Source of the DNA: Candidatus Poribacteria bacterium
Lineage (GTDB): Bacteria; Poribacteria; WGA-4E; JAJDTR01
Reading direction: 5' to 3'
DNA: 64,000 nt
Assembly: GCA_965222225.1 (NCBI GenBank)
Contig: CBDCTK010000002.1
Span: 2,304,001-2,368,000, forward strand
In this document: piece by piece, positions 10,977 through 21,008 of the stretch
Numbering within the stretch: the first letter of the stretch is position 1
Layout of the letters: each line of letters starts with the position of its first letter
The notes under the pieces: model-generated
What the model saw: only the letters and a program-made list of their open reading frames with translations
Told to the model about the DNA's origin: nothing
Database searches by the model: none
Translations under genes and position numbers: made by a program

Positions 10977-12827
10977 ATGGTCAACGAGAGACGAATTATT
11001 TCCTGTCGTGCCGAACCTGCAGATCCCTTTGTTTGCGGCGATCTAGTAACCTGCGCCCTCGTCATCCGTGTCGCGGAAGACATCCTTCCGGACGGCAACA
11101 TCCGCTTCTACTTCACCGAATCGCCCTACTATCAAAGTCCGCCGAACTACGGACTGCCGGCAAAAGGATTCGTCTTTTTCGCGCGTCTACACTTTCAGAC
11201 GGACAATCCCCAAGGAATGGGATACATTACCGCAGAAACCAAGTCAGGGCAATCCGTCACAATCGAGTTGGCTCCGGGGCGTTGTTTCTTCACGATAGTC
11301 TGTGAGAAGGGGTTGACCGCCGGGGAGGCACTTGTTGTTACAATCGGCGATAAGCGCGCGGGTGGCCCCGGGATTGAAGTCGCACATCACCCAACCTATG
11401 GTGACTGGCAATTGGTCTGCGATCTGGATCGCGAGGGTATTGGCAACTTTGTACGACAGGACTTGATGCCCCACATGCGTGTCATCACTGCCCCTCCCAG
11501 CCACGTGTTGGCTCGGGCGAAGTCAAAAACACAGCCGGAGACGCCCGCCGATTTACAGATTACGGTGACCGACCGATTTGGAAACCACGTGGAAGATTTT
11601 CGAGGAACCTTTCGCCCCTTGGAGAATGAAGCGAACCACACGGCGAGAAACGAGTTTAGCTTAGAACCCAAAGATATCGGCTCAAAGTGTTGGCAGAATG
11701 CCGCCGTCTTTCACGAAGAAGGAATACACCGTGTCAAAGTCGAGTCGGTTGGCTTGCCGGGGGACGCACCACTGCGCGGTGTAAGCCCTCCCGTGGTTTG
11801 TGATTCGCGGGAGGACGATTACCAGCTTCTTTGGGGCGACATCCACGGTCACTCCTACTGTTCCGACGGCACCCACTCTCCCGAACATTACTACGGCTAC
11901 GGTCGAGATGTCGGCTATCTCGATTTCTGCGCGCTAACCGATCACGACACCTTCAGCCATGGGTTATGGCAGGGCCTGATGGATTCGGCCGAGAATGCAA
12001 ATGAACCCGGCAGATTCACAACCTTTCTGGGATATGAGTGGTTCGGGGAGTGGCCCCAGTCGATTTGTGTCCTTTTCAAGAACGCCGTTGGCGGATATTA
12101 TCCGGGCAATCTGAAAACCAGCCGCCATCCACAAGACCTGATTGGTCTGATTAAGGACGAAGATGCGATGATCGTCCGCCACGACATGCCGCCGCCGGGA
12201 AACCGCTGGGAACAACTGGATTCTTCCGGTCTATTGGAACGTCTGGTTGAAATCTATTCGCCGTTTCATTCCAGTGAGACCGCGCACAGCCCCGGCGCCC
12301 GAGGCGCGTTGGACGATGGAAATAGCATTCAAGCTGCCCTTGGTGACGGGTTGCACTTCGGCTTTGTGGGCTGCTCCGACACACACATTTCAATGCCGGG
12401 ACGTCGGCAAGGAGTATCCAAAGGCATGCCGGGCTATCGGGCGGGCATCTACGGACTGACGGCGGTGTATGCCGCAGAGAACACGCGGGAAGCGGTTTTC
12501 GATGCTCTTCTAACCCGACGCTGTTACGCGGCAACCGATCGCATCTACCTCGACTTTCAGGTCAACAATCAGCCGATGGGATCGGAGCTGCATCTCCGCG
12601 AACCGCGAGTCATCATGGCGCGCGCCGCCGGCACCTTTCCCTTCGCCCAAGTTCAGCTTATCAAGAATAACACTGTCATTCACAGCACAGCCCAAGGCGC
12701 CTTAGAAACTGAGTTCGAGTATGTTGATAAAACGGAAATCTGTCCAAACGACTATTACTATCTTCGGATAACCCAAAAAGACGGCAGCATGGCATGGTCA
12801 AGCCCCGTGTGGGTCAATCCGTTGTAG
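10977..12827 (+). CDS. PHP-domain metallohydrolase (CehA/McbA or DUF3604-like)
   Basis: WGDIHGHS, ALTDHD, GYEW, SDTH and AWSSPVWV motifs. Confidence 0.8.
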   Translation: MVNERRIISCRAEPADPFVCGDLVTCALVIRVAEDILPDGNIRFYFTESPYYQSPPNYGLPAKGFVFFARLHFQTDNPQGMGYITAETKSGQSVTIELAPGRCFFTIVCEKGLTAGEALVVTIGDKRAGGPGIEVAHHPTYGDWQLVCDLDREGIGNFVRQDLMPHMRVITAPPSHVLARAKSKTQPETPADLQITVTDRFGNHVEDFRGTFRPLENEANHTARNEFSLEPKDIGSKCWQNAAVFHEEGIHRVKVESVGLPGDAPLRGVSPPVVCDSREDDYQLLWGDIHGHSYCSDGTHSPEHYYGYGRDVGYLDFCALTDHDTFSHGLWQGLMDSAENANEPGRFTTFLGYEWFGEWPQSICVLFKNAVGGYYPGNLKTSRHPQDLIGLIKDEDAMIVRHDMPPPGNRWEQLDSSGLLERLVEIYSPFHSSETAHSPGARGALDDGNSIQAALGDGLHFGFVGCSDTHISMPGRRQGVSKGMPGYRAGIYGLTAVYAAENTREAVFDALLTRRCYAATDRIYLDFQVNNQPMGSELHLREPRVIMARAAGTFPFAQVQLIKNNTVIHSTAQGALETEFEYVDKTEICPNDYYYLRITQKDGSMAWSSPVWVNPL

Positions 12828-12849
12828 GCACTGCGGCGCGAGACAACGG

Positions 12850-13650
12850 ATGCCGATTGTATCTCAAGCGGACAATACCTACGGAGTCAAAGTGGCAAGC
12901 AATTTGGAAGGGCGAGTGGCTCTAGTTACCGGTGGAGGCGCGGGAATCGGCAGAGCCGCGGCGTTGGCGCTGATTCGAGAAGGCGCAAAGGTCGCTATCG
13001 CCGATCTCAATCGGAAAGCCGGCGAGAGAGCATTAAGAATGATAAAATCTGCCGGTGGCGAAGGCATCTTTATTGAAGCCGACGTGTCCGATGCAGCCGA
13101 GGTCAAGAAGATGGTAAGGGCAACCGCTAATACCTATGGACGCTTGGATTGTGCCGTCAATAACGCCGGCATTTTTCGGGGAATCAACTCATCAACGCAC
13201 AGGTGTACCGAGAAGATATGGGATGCGGTCATGCACGTCAATCTTAAGGCGGTATGGTTGTGCATGAAGTACGAACTCCCGCAGATGCTCAAACAGGGCA
13301 ATGGGGTAATCGTCAATATGTCGTCGATTGCCGGCTTGGTCGGCTTAGAGGAGATGTCCGCATATGCAGCCAGCAAGCACGGCGTCGTTGGACTGACCAA
13401 ATCTGCCGCCCTGGAATACGCCCGGCAGGGCATACGAATTAACGCGGTGTGTCCCGGTAGCATCAATAGACCCACAGTCCGCGGGGACAAGGTCTGGACA
13501 GTGGAGAAACCGGACAACGGGCTCCATCCGATGGGCAGATTCTGCACCTCGGAGGAAGTTGCGGAGGCCGTCGTATGGCTATGCTCGGATGCCGCTTCGT
13601 TTGTCACCGGGCACACGCTGGTTGTGGATGGCGGTCGAATTGCTCAATAG
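12850..13650 (+). CDS. Short-chain dehydrogenase/reductase
   Basis: TGGGAGIG, NNAG and YAASK motifs. Confidence 0.92.
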   Translation: MPIVSQADNTYGVKVASNLEGRVALVTGGGAGIGRAAALALIREGAKVAIADLNRKAGERALRMIKSAGGEGIFIEADVSDAAEVKKMVRATANTYGRLDCAVNNAGIFRGINSSTHRCTEKIWDAVMHVNLKAVWLCMKYELPQMLKQGNGVIVNMSSIAGLVGLEEMSAYAASKHGVVGLTKSAALEYARQGIRINAVCPGSINRPTVRGDKVWTVEKPDNGLHPMGRFCTSEEVAEAVVWLCSDAASFVTGHTLVVDGGRIAQ

Positions 13651-13753
13651 CGAAACTTGAGTTCCTAGGCCGTAACCTCACGGGTATAAGTCGCCCCTGC
13701 CTGCTCAATGCAACATAGTTTACGGTCAGACTTTCAGTTGACGAGGTCTTAGG

Positions 13754-14484
13754 GTGGTCGGACAATTCAAGAACAATGTGGCTCTCGTGACCGGAGGAAG
13801 TTCAGGAATTGGTAGGGCTTCGGCGCTCGCATTCGCCAAAGAAGGCGCAACGGTCGCCATTGCGGACTTAGCTGTTGAGGGAGGCAAAGAAACAGAATCC
13901 ATCATCAGAGAATCCGGCGGTACCGCTATTTTCACAGAAGTGGATGTGTCCAAGGCGAGTGAAGTTGAAGCGATGATCGACACGGTTGTCGGAACCTATG
14001 GCAGATTGGACTACGCCCACAATAACGCCGGAATCTTGGGAAAGTTGGCGCCTACTGCCGAGTGCACGGAAGAAAACTGGGAAAACGTCATCAACACGAA
14101 CCTCAAAGGGGTTTGGTTGTGTATGAAATACGAAATTGCCAAGATGCGCGGGCGCGCCATTGTCAACACCTCATCGGTTTTCGGATTAAAAGGGGTCTGA
14201 ACTTGCCCGCCTACATTGCGAGCAAACATGGGGTCATCGGAGCAACAAAAGCCGCTGCAGCCGAATATGTACATCGGGGTATTCGGATTAATGCGGTGTG
14301 TCCGGATGCCATTCGCACACCGATGCAGGAACGCCTAATGGGGGTGCCCTTTGGACGTCCGCCCGAGGAGGTCGCACAAGCCGTGGTGTGGCTGTGTTCG
14401 GATGCCAGCTCCGCTACAACGGGCGAAACGCTGACATATCGACAATGGACGCGGCGGATTGCCGAGAGTCAACAGAAAATCTAA
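13754..14484 (+). pseudogene. SDR paralog, frameshifted
   Basis: TGGSSGIG and NNAG in the 5' frame, YIASK in the 3' frame; adding one base in the AAAAGGGG run at ~14188-14195 joins them. Confidence 0.85.
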
Positions 14485-14980
14485 CGTCTCGTGCGCCCGC
14501 CTCTGTGGAAGTCCTTTACCAAAACGTAATGATAGCGGCCATATGTTTCGAGGTTGACTGGACGCTGAATCGCATATGCCAATGCCTGTCGCCGGCTGGC
14601 CCGTTGTGAAGCTTGAGCGAGACAGCCAGCCGATACTTACTCCCGATGTACCGGTACTTGTTGAACCGGGCGGACGAATTGGGGTAAACTATCACCTACC
14701 TCAGCTGCAGGCGGGAGCGCGCTGTCAGTCCATCCTATTCTGTGACCACTCAGCGGCTCACTACTGTCAACTTAACCCCTACTGGGAGGGCGAGATTAAA
14801 GGAACGTGGCAGGTCATTGAAGAATCTACGCACCTTGATTCGTAACGTAGCAATTCATTGCGCATATAGACGGGGCTTTATTCCCTACCAAAGCCACGCA
14901 GCACGAAATAGTTGGAAAAACTCTCGGCTTAACTTCTTGCGTAAGCCCTATTCAAACTAACACCGTACAGGGGACAAGCG

Positions 14981-15667
14981 ATGAGACTGATATTGATAGG
15001 CTCCGAATACGCGGGCAAAACAACACTGGCTAACGAAATCACCGCGTGGCTTAAACAGACAACGGGCGGTGGTCGAACCTTCCACGATCACTTCACCATT
15101 CCTCCATCCGAACTGCCGGAAGCCGAGCAGGAAGAATTCCTGGAAATGTCGCCCGAACTTCAAGCAATGTTCCAACGCTATTCGCGCGAATACCATCTTC
15201 TCCCGTCGTTTTACGCCGACCCCGACCACATGTTAGTCGGCTTCCACATCGAAGAGGCGGTTTATGCGCCTCTGTATTACAGCTACGGTGGTTCAGACGA
15301 CTTCTCGGCGGCGGCGCGGGCAATGGAGCAGCGAATCTTGGAACAGGCTCCCGACACCGTACTCATCTTGCTCAAGGCTTCGCCGGAAGTGATTGCAAAA
15401 CGGATGTGGGAAACCCCACACCAACACACCGTCCTCCAAGAACAAGACATTGAGCATGTTCTTCAGCGGTTCGAGGAGCAATACCAACAATCGCTGTTGA
15501 GCGGGAAGTTTGTGCTTGATACGACTTCGGTGACGGTGGACGAAACGCTCGCGGAATTCGCTGCCCGGATAGATCCGTTTCTCTCACAGACCGATCGCCT
15601 GAGAATGATGACCCACCAAGCCTTACAACAGAACAAAGAATTTTTTAAGCTACCCACTGATTCGTAA
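14981..15667 (+). CDS. P-loop NMP-kinase-like protein
   Basis: N-terminal LIGSEYAGKTT Walker A; paralog of 16876..17655. Confidence 0.75.
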   Translation: MRLILIGSEYAGKTTLANEITAWLKQTTGGGRTFHDHFTIPPSELPEAEQEEFLEMSPELQAMFQRYSREYHLLPSFYADPDHMLVGFHIEEAVYAPLYYSYGGSDDFSAAARAMEQRILEQAPDTVLILLKASPEVIAKRMWETPHQHTVLQEQDIEHVLQRFEEQYQQSLLSGKFVLDTTSVTVDETLAEFAARIDPFLSQTDRLRMMTHQALQQNKEFFKLPTDS

Positions 15668-15833
15668 CCGGATTCGCCTTATTCTGCACCACGGACATGT
15701 AAAGACAGTGACCCGTGTCAGCGGCCAGTTGCCAGTAAACCCAACAATCTTACTGACCACAGGCCTCTGGATACTGTTTCGCATGTCGTCGTGTACACAC
15801 TTCAGACAAAAATATCCTACAGGAGCAAACATC

Positions 15834-16673
15834 ATGCACACGCCACGCATTGATGACCGTGATTGGTCCGCATTGAGCCTCGGCGAGCGTATCCGCCAAA
15901 TTGAGGTCGAAGGCTACCTACTATTGCCGGATCTCCTAACACCCGAACATGTCGCCCGGTTAAAGACAGAAACCGCGAAACTGAAAACACGTCCTGTCGA
16001 TTACAGCGTCCACCAGCAGGGCTGCCCCGACATTCAATTCATCGGTGGCGCAATTACTGAGTTGGCTGCGCATCCTCCCACCCTCGCCTTTTTGCGAGAG
16101 CTTTTCGGCGATGAGGTCATTGTAATGTCGTATGGATACGCGCGTTCCGAGCCGGGACACCCGGGAATCAGTCTCCATACCGACGGACAGCCCTACGGCT
16201 CTGCGATATTCGGCTATGGGGGCAGTGTTCCCGCCATGGTTCGGGTGCTGTACTACTTGGACGATCTTACCACGGAAGTCTCGCCATTCCGGGTCGTGCC
16301 CCGATCTCACCTCTCCCTACACGCGGACGGCAACCCGTACAAGCGTTACGAGTCCCATCCCGAAGAGGTAATGGTTCCCGCGAAGGCTGGCTCCGCGGTG
16401 CTAATCAATCACAAGGTCTTCCACGGCAATTTCCCCAACATCGGCGACAGGGCGCGTAGGATGTTGGCGATAGCCTATCGCCCGGCGTGGGCAGGCCCCA
16501 TCAAAGAGGTATCCACTTGGGATGAGTCGGAGGTGGCGCAATTGCCCGACAACTTACGCCCCTTGTATGGAGATTGTAACACTCGACATGCGGATTTCCA
16601 CGGCGGAAATAAACCACCCAACATGGCGCGTGAAGCGCTAGGCTTGAATCCGAGCCGCTGGGAACGCATGTAA
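15834..16673 (+). CDS. Phytanoyl-CoA dioxygenase (PhyH) family protein
   Basis: HTD, VVPRSH and FHG facial-triad motifs; AGGAG RBS before ATG 15834. Confidence 0.88.
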   Translation: MHTPRIDDRDWSALSLGERIRQIEVEGYLLLPDLLTPEHVARLKTETAKLKTRPVDYSVHQQGCPDIQFIGGAITELAAHPPTLAFLRELFGDEVIVMSYGYARSEPGHPGISLHTDGQPYGSAIFGYGGSVPAMVRVLYYLDDLTTEVSPFRVVPRSHLSLHADGNPYKRYESHPEEVMVPAKAGSAVLINHKVFHGNFPNIGDRARRMLAIAYRPAWAGPIKEVSTWDESEVAQLPDNLRPLYGDCNTRHADFHGGNKPPNMAREALGLNPSRWERM

Positions 16674-16757
16674 AGCCCAAATACGACTTTCGCAAATACG
16701 TTGAAACAAGATAAAATCATGCACTCATTTCAAGAGGAAGTGCGAAGGTGATGCCTC

Positions 16758-16793
16758 GAAACCGAGATTTTTCTTCAAAACTCGGTTTCTTTT
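16758..16793 (+). terminator. Hairpin with T-tract (possible intrinsic terminator)
   Basis: GAAACCGAG...CTCGGTTTC-TTTT; the same arms recur at 43819..43916. Confidence 0.5.
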
Positions 16794-16875
16794 GCAGGCT
16801 GTCTTGGTCTCAAGAACCCAAAATGCGTAAGTCTTACCAAATTCACATTGACGCCAGAATATTGAGGAGCACAAC

Positions 16876-17655
16876 ATGAAACTTATTCTCGTAGGCTGCG
16901 AGTATTCCGGAAAGACGACGTTGCAACTGTTGATTTCCGCATGGCTGCAGCGCATCACCGGTTCGCATCGTCCATTTTTCCATGATCACTTTGGTCTGCC
17001 TTCGGGCGAACGTCCGCCGATTAACTCTCAATACCCCGTGGTGATTCAAGAAGAGGTGATGGCGCTGAGTCCCAAACTCAAGGAGATGTTCCAGCGCTAC
17101 GTGATTGAATATCACCTTGGCTCCTCCTTTTATGAATATCCCGACCACGGCTTGGTAGGCTTCCACATTGAGGAAGCGGTGTACGCACCGTTATACTATG
17201 GTTACGGTGGCCCCGGCGAGTATGCCGATCGGCGCGTGCTCGCCCGATGGATTGAGGCAGACATCATGGAAAAGGCGCCCGAGACCGTGCTCGTACTGCT
17301 TAAAGCGTCGGCAGAGGTCATTGCGAAACGAATGCGCGAAAACCCGCACCCGAAAGGACTTCTGCAAGAACAAGATATCGAACACGTCCTCCGCCGATTT
17401 GAGGAGGAATACAACAGTTCGCTCATTCGGAAGCGGTTCGTTCTAGATACCAGCGAGGCGACGATAGACGATACATTCTCTGAATTCGTGACCACCATAC
17501 AACTGCATCTGACAGACGACGATCGGTTGCGAATCTTGGGTGGGGCGACTCCCACCCGGCGCGCCGCGGTAGATGCGGACATCCGGTACTTTCGGCGTGA
17601 GGATTTGCGTCGCATTCTATCGATTGGCTCCCCTTCAAAACAAGGGGACGGATAA
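16876..17655 (+). CDS. P-loop NMP-kinase-like protein (paralog)
   Basis: LVGCEYSGKTT; shares FHDHF and VGFHIEEAVYAPLYY with 14981..15667. Confidence 0.75.
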   Translation: MKLILVGCEYSGKTTLQLLISAWLQRITGSHRPFFHDHFGLPSGERPPINSQYPVVIQEEVMALSPKLKEMFQRYVIEYHLGSSFYEYPDHGLVGFHIEEAVYAPLYYGYGGPGEYADRRVLARWIEADIMEKAPETVLVLLKASAEVIAKRMRENPHPKGLLQEQDIEHVLRRFEEEYNSSLIRKRFVLDTSEATIDDTFSEFVTTIQLHLTDDDRLRILGGATPTRRAAVDADIRYFRREDLRRILSIGSPSKQGDG

Positions 17656-17749
17656 CGTGGGTTCGAAAATTGAAGAACGGCACTATTTCAGAATAGCTGG
17701 TTAACGAACACTCTGAACTACGCCAACTGAATGTTGGGACACCGCGAAC

Positions 17750-19309
17750 ATGACAGAACAAACGAAAGACGAGGATAAATCCCAAGCGCAACTCATCAAT
17801 GAATTGCAACTCATCCGCTGGCGCGTGGGGAAATTTGAACAAGACGAACTCCGGTACAAGCAGTTCTTGGAGGAATACGAGGAGACGGTGACGGAGCATT
17901 TCGACATCTATTACCATTCCCACGACATGGTTGTTTCTGTCGATATGCAGACGGAAAAAGTCCTCCAGTGTAACAAGGCTGTGATTGAAACATTGGGCTA
18001 CGGCAGAGCGGAGATTGTTGGACATCCCGTTTTTCAGTTGTATCATCAAGACTATGTCGAAGATGCGAAGGAACTGTTTCGTGTTATCACGGAGACCGGT
18101 GAAATACGCGACGCCGAACAGACGTTGTGGAAAAGGGATGGGGGCAAAATCAGCGTGAGTTTGAATGCCACAAGCATCCGCAATGAAAACGAGAATCCAA
18201 CTTCGATGCTATTTGATTGGCGCAACATCACCCGGCGTGCGGTGGAAATCGGCGATTTACGCTCCGAAAATCGCCAACTCAAGGAGCATCTGCGTTCCAA
18301 CAGACCCGAACATCCCGAAGTGTTTTCCGACATTGTTACCCAAGATCCGGCGATGTACTCAATTTTTCACCAAGTGGAATCCATCGCAGTCACCGGACAG
18401 CCTGTATTGATAACGGGGGAAACGGGGGTTGGCAAGGAGAAGATTGCGGAGGCTATCCACCAACTGAGCGGGAGATTAGGGGAATTTGTCCCGGTCAATA
18501 TCGCCGGACTTGATGACCTGATGTTTTCGGACACCTTTTTTGGTCACAGAAGGGGTGCATTCACCGGCGCCGATTCGGCGCGCCACGGCTTGATTGAACA
18601 AGCGTCGGGCGGCACGCTATTCCTTGATGAGATTGGTGACCTCGGTATGGAATCACAAACGAAGCTCCTACGCTTTTTACAGGATGGAGAATACCGTCAT
18701 CTGGGTGAAGACGCCCCAATTGGAAGCAACGTTAGGATCGTTGCGGCAACCAATCAAACAATTGAATCGCTCACGGGAAGTGGGAACTTTCGCAGCAACC
18801 TCTACTATCGCCTCGAAACCCATCATATTCATCTGCCTCCGCTGCGTGAGCGCAAGGGGGACATTCCTTTGCTCGTATCCCATTTCCTCAAACGAGCCGC
18901 CGAAAGGCTCGGAAAGAAAATACCCGTCCCACCACCGGAACTCTTTACGTTGCTTTCGACCTACCACTTCCCCGGAAACATCAGGGAGCTTGAGGGGATG
19001 GTGAATGATGCCGTTAGCGGGCACGAAGGCGGCGTACTCTCCACCGAACCCTTCCGCCGGAAAATTGACGAGCACACTTCTGTTTCCCCCAGAGATGGGG
19101 CGCTTAAAGTTGGCGCGGTTACGTTCTCGGATACCCTGTCTTTGCTGCAGGAGCTCCCGGCGCTGAAAGAAATTCAAGACCTGGTGATTGCCGAAGCTCT
19201 CCAGCGCGCAGACGGCAATCAAACGATTGCGGCTCGACTCTTGGGCATGTCAAAACAGGCGTTGAACAATCGTTTAAACCGTGCGCGAAATTCAACGAAC
19301 GGAGGCTGA
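17750..19309 (+). CDS. Sigma54-dependent enhancer-binding protein (PAS, AAA+, Fis HTH)
   Basis: [29 protein letters not shown] and [11 protein letters not shown] motifs; N-terminal PAS-like region. Confidence 0.93.
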   Translation: MTEQTKDEDKSQAQLINELQLIRWRVGKFEQDELRYKQFLEEYEETVTEHFDIYYHSHDMVVSVDMQTEKVLQCNKAVIETLGYGRAEIVGHPVFQLYHQDYVEDAKELFRVITETGEIRDAEQTLWKRDGGKISVSLNATSIRNENENPTSMLFDWRNITRRAVEIGDLRSENRQLKEHLRSNRPEHPEVFSDIVTQDPAMYSIFHQVESIAVTGQPVLITGETGVGKEKIAEAIHQLSGRLGEFVPVNIAGLDDLMFSDTFFGHRRGAFTGADSARHGLIEQASGGTLFLDEIGDLGMESQTKLLRFLQDGEYRHLGEDAPIGSNVRIVAATNQTIESLTGSGNFRSNLYYRLETHHIHLPPLRERKGDIPLLVSHFLKRAAERLGKKIPVPPPELFTLLSTYHFPGNIRELEGMVNDAVSGHEGGVLSTEPFRRKIDEHTSVSPRDGALKVGAVTFSDTLSLLQELPALKEIQDLVIAEALQRADGNQTIAARLLGMSKQALNNRLNRARNSTNGG

Positions 19310-19388
19310 AACGGTGTTTGCTTTTCCAAGCCACTCTTTTCTCTTTGATTCTTCTGTCTTTGCCTCGCAACTGCCGCGCCCAAAAGAG

Positions 19389-19502
19389 GTCAACATTTGT
19401 GAATTTGTCCACTTTTGTTTACATTTGCCCAAGCCCTTAGATGGTAAGGGTTCAAACGCCTCTTGAGCCGAGTTTTCCCGAATTACGTCAACAAACGTTG
19501 AC
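19389..19502. promoter_or_regulatory. Three candidate upstream activator sites, GTCAAC-N4-GTTGAC-like
   Basis: GTCAAC-attt-GTGAAT (19389), GTCCAC-tttt-GTTTAC (19407) and perfect GTCAAC-aaac-GTTGAC (19487). Confidence 0.6.
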
Positions 19503-19617
19503 TGCCTTTGTACTTCGCTCATCTACTTCTCCTCTCCAGCGCGAAAAGCCCCTGAACCCCCACTGTACCTAGGCGCAGCGCCTTCACCAACGCCAAATTG
19601 ATGCCCGTTTTCGCTTT

Positions 19618-19633
19618 TGGCATAGGGCTTGCT
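19618..19633 (+). promoter_or_regulatory. Sigma54 -24/-12 promoter
   Basis: TGGCATAGGGCTTGCT has exact GG-N10-GC spacing and lies downstream of a bEBP gene. Confidence 0.85.
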
Positions 19634-19767
19634 GTAATACATCAACGAAACGTGAGTCGATAGCCGTTCCACGATAAGCGAACGGTTATCGCAAGCGAGA
19701 GGAGCATTCGGTTTCCTCCGCGATTCAACCTATAACCAGTATCATTGAGACGAAAGGATAGGGAAAC

Positions 19768-20535
19768 ATGTCTTCCGTCAAGAAACGCCGGTTATGCATC
19801 ATCGCTTTGGTTGCTGCGGTTTGCGTTTCTCTAGGCACAGTCCTGATGATTCGGGCAAGCGCACCTGTTGAATCCAAGACAGTTTACCTCTTGCCGGAGC
19901 CTAATCCGGCGCGCGCCGAAATTCTCAAGCGTGCTTTGCAACCGCCAAAACGCGCTTACACATCGAAGGCGTCTAATAAAGCGGTAACGACGGAGGACAC
20001 AACTGACGAGAACCTTGAAGTCGACAGCGGCGAGTCATCAAGCCAAGAAAGCGATTTTGAGGATGAAGACCTCGAATCCATGCTCGCGGCACTCGACGAG
20101 GAAACCGTCGAACGGAACAGCGATTTCCCGCCGGTTCCCGACGATTTTCCGTTTACGCCGGTCTGGCTACGCCGCCCTGGATATAAAAAAGGGGACATGC
20201 CTAACCACGAGCTAATATACCGTGTGTTGATAAAACTCTGGAATCAGGGAGATCGTGGGTTTCAAGACGGTATTTTCAGTAACGCCGATGCTAAGGTCTA
20301 TCCTATTTATCCAGATGTGCTGTATGTCCAATGGGACGATACAGAGGTTACTGACGAATGGGGAAATTCCCGGAATGTCAGGTATATCGTAACCTCCACT
20401 GGTACTCACAAGCGAGATTTTGAGCTAGAGGATTTCATCACTGGCGCATGGAGAACCAAGTATCCTGACACTAAAATTGTCGCGTACGATGATGCCGGAT
20501 ATGACCCCTACACGTTTCTCACTGAAGACGATTAA
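19768..20535 (+). CDS. Hypothetical membrane-anchored protein with acidic linker
   Basis: N-terminal hydrophobic helix and D/E/S-rich region; no family recognised. Confidence 0.75.
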   Translation: MSSVKKRRLCIIALVAAVCVSLGTVLMIRASAPVESKTVYLLPEPNPARAEILKRALQPPKRAYTSKASNKAVTTEDTTDENLEVDSGESSSQESDFEDEDLESMLAALDEETVERNSDFPPVPDDFPFTPVWLRRPGYKKGDMPNHELIYRVLIKLWNQGDRGFQDGIFSNADAKVYPIYPDVLYVQWDDTEVTDEWGNSRNVRYIVTSTGTHKRDFELEDFITGAWRTKYPDTKIVAYDDAGYDPYTFLTEDD

Positions 20536-20561
20536 CATCTTTTAACAGAAGGAGAAATATC

Positions 20562-20930
20562 ATGAAAAAAATCACGCTGTTCGCTATTCCAGCCATATTG
20601 CTGACCTTCACAATCGTGAAAATCGCATATTCATGGAGCATTTACCAAGGAGCAGGATTCACAAATAGCGGTAGTGCGCCTAGGACGTATGCAGACGCTT
20701 ATTCCTCTACTTACGGCCTTACTGATGGTGCGTGGGAGGTGTATGCAAAAGTAAATCACCAGGGGCCCAAGCGTAGTGGAAGTTTTGCTCAGGGTGGCGC
20801 CGTCTTTACTGCCCATAAACATGTGGACAATGCTGACCTACCTGCTTTTGCCTATTCTAAGGTGGAGGGATGGCCCACCAACGGCGGCGATTATGTAGAT
20901 ATCGACGATGATGCACATTATAATCCCTAA
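20562..20930 (+). CDS. Small secreted hypothetical protein
   Basis: AAGGAG RBS; MKKITLFAIPAILL signal peptide. Confidence 0.75.
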   Translation: MKKITLFAIPAILLTFTIVKIAYSWSIYQGAGFTNSGSAPRTYADAYSSTYGLTDGAWEVYAKVNHQGPKRSGSFAQGGAVFTAHKHVDNADLPAFAYSKVEGWPTNGGDYVDIDDDAHYNP

Positions 20931-20944
20931 GGATTGCCTTTGTT

Positions 20945-20984
20945 CTCTATTAAACGCCTTGGCGTATCGAGGCGTTTAATAGAG
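20945..20984. terminator. Long intergenic hairpin
   Basis: CTCTATTAAACGCCT...AGGCGTTTAATAGAG, 15-bp perfect stem. Confidence 0.6.
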
Positions 20985-21008
20985 GGTATTAGACCTTGGA
21001 GACAACAA

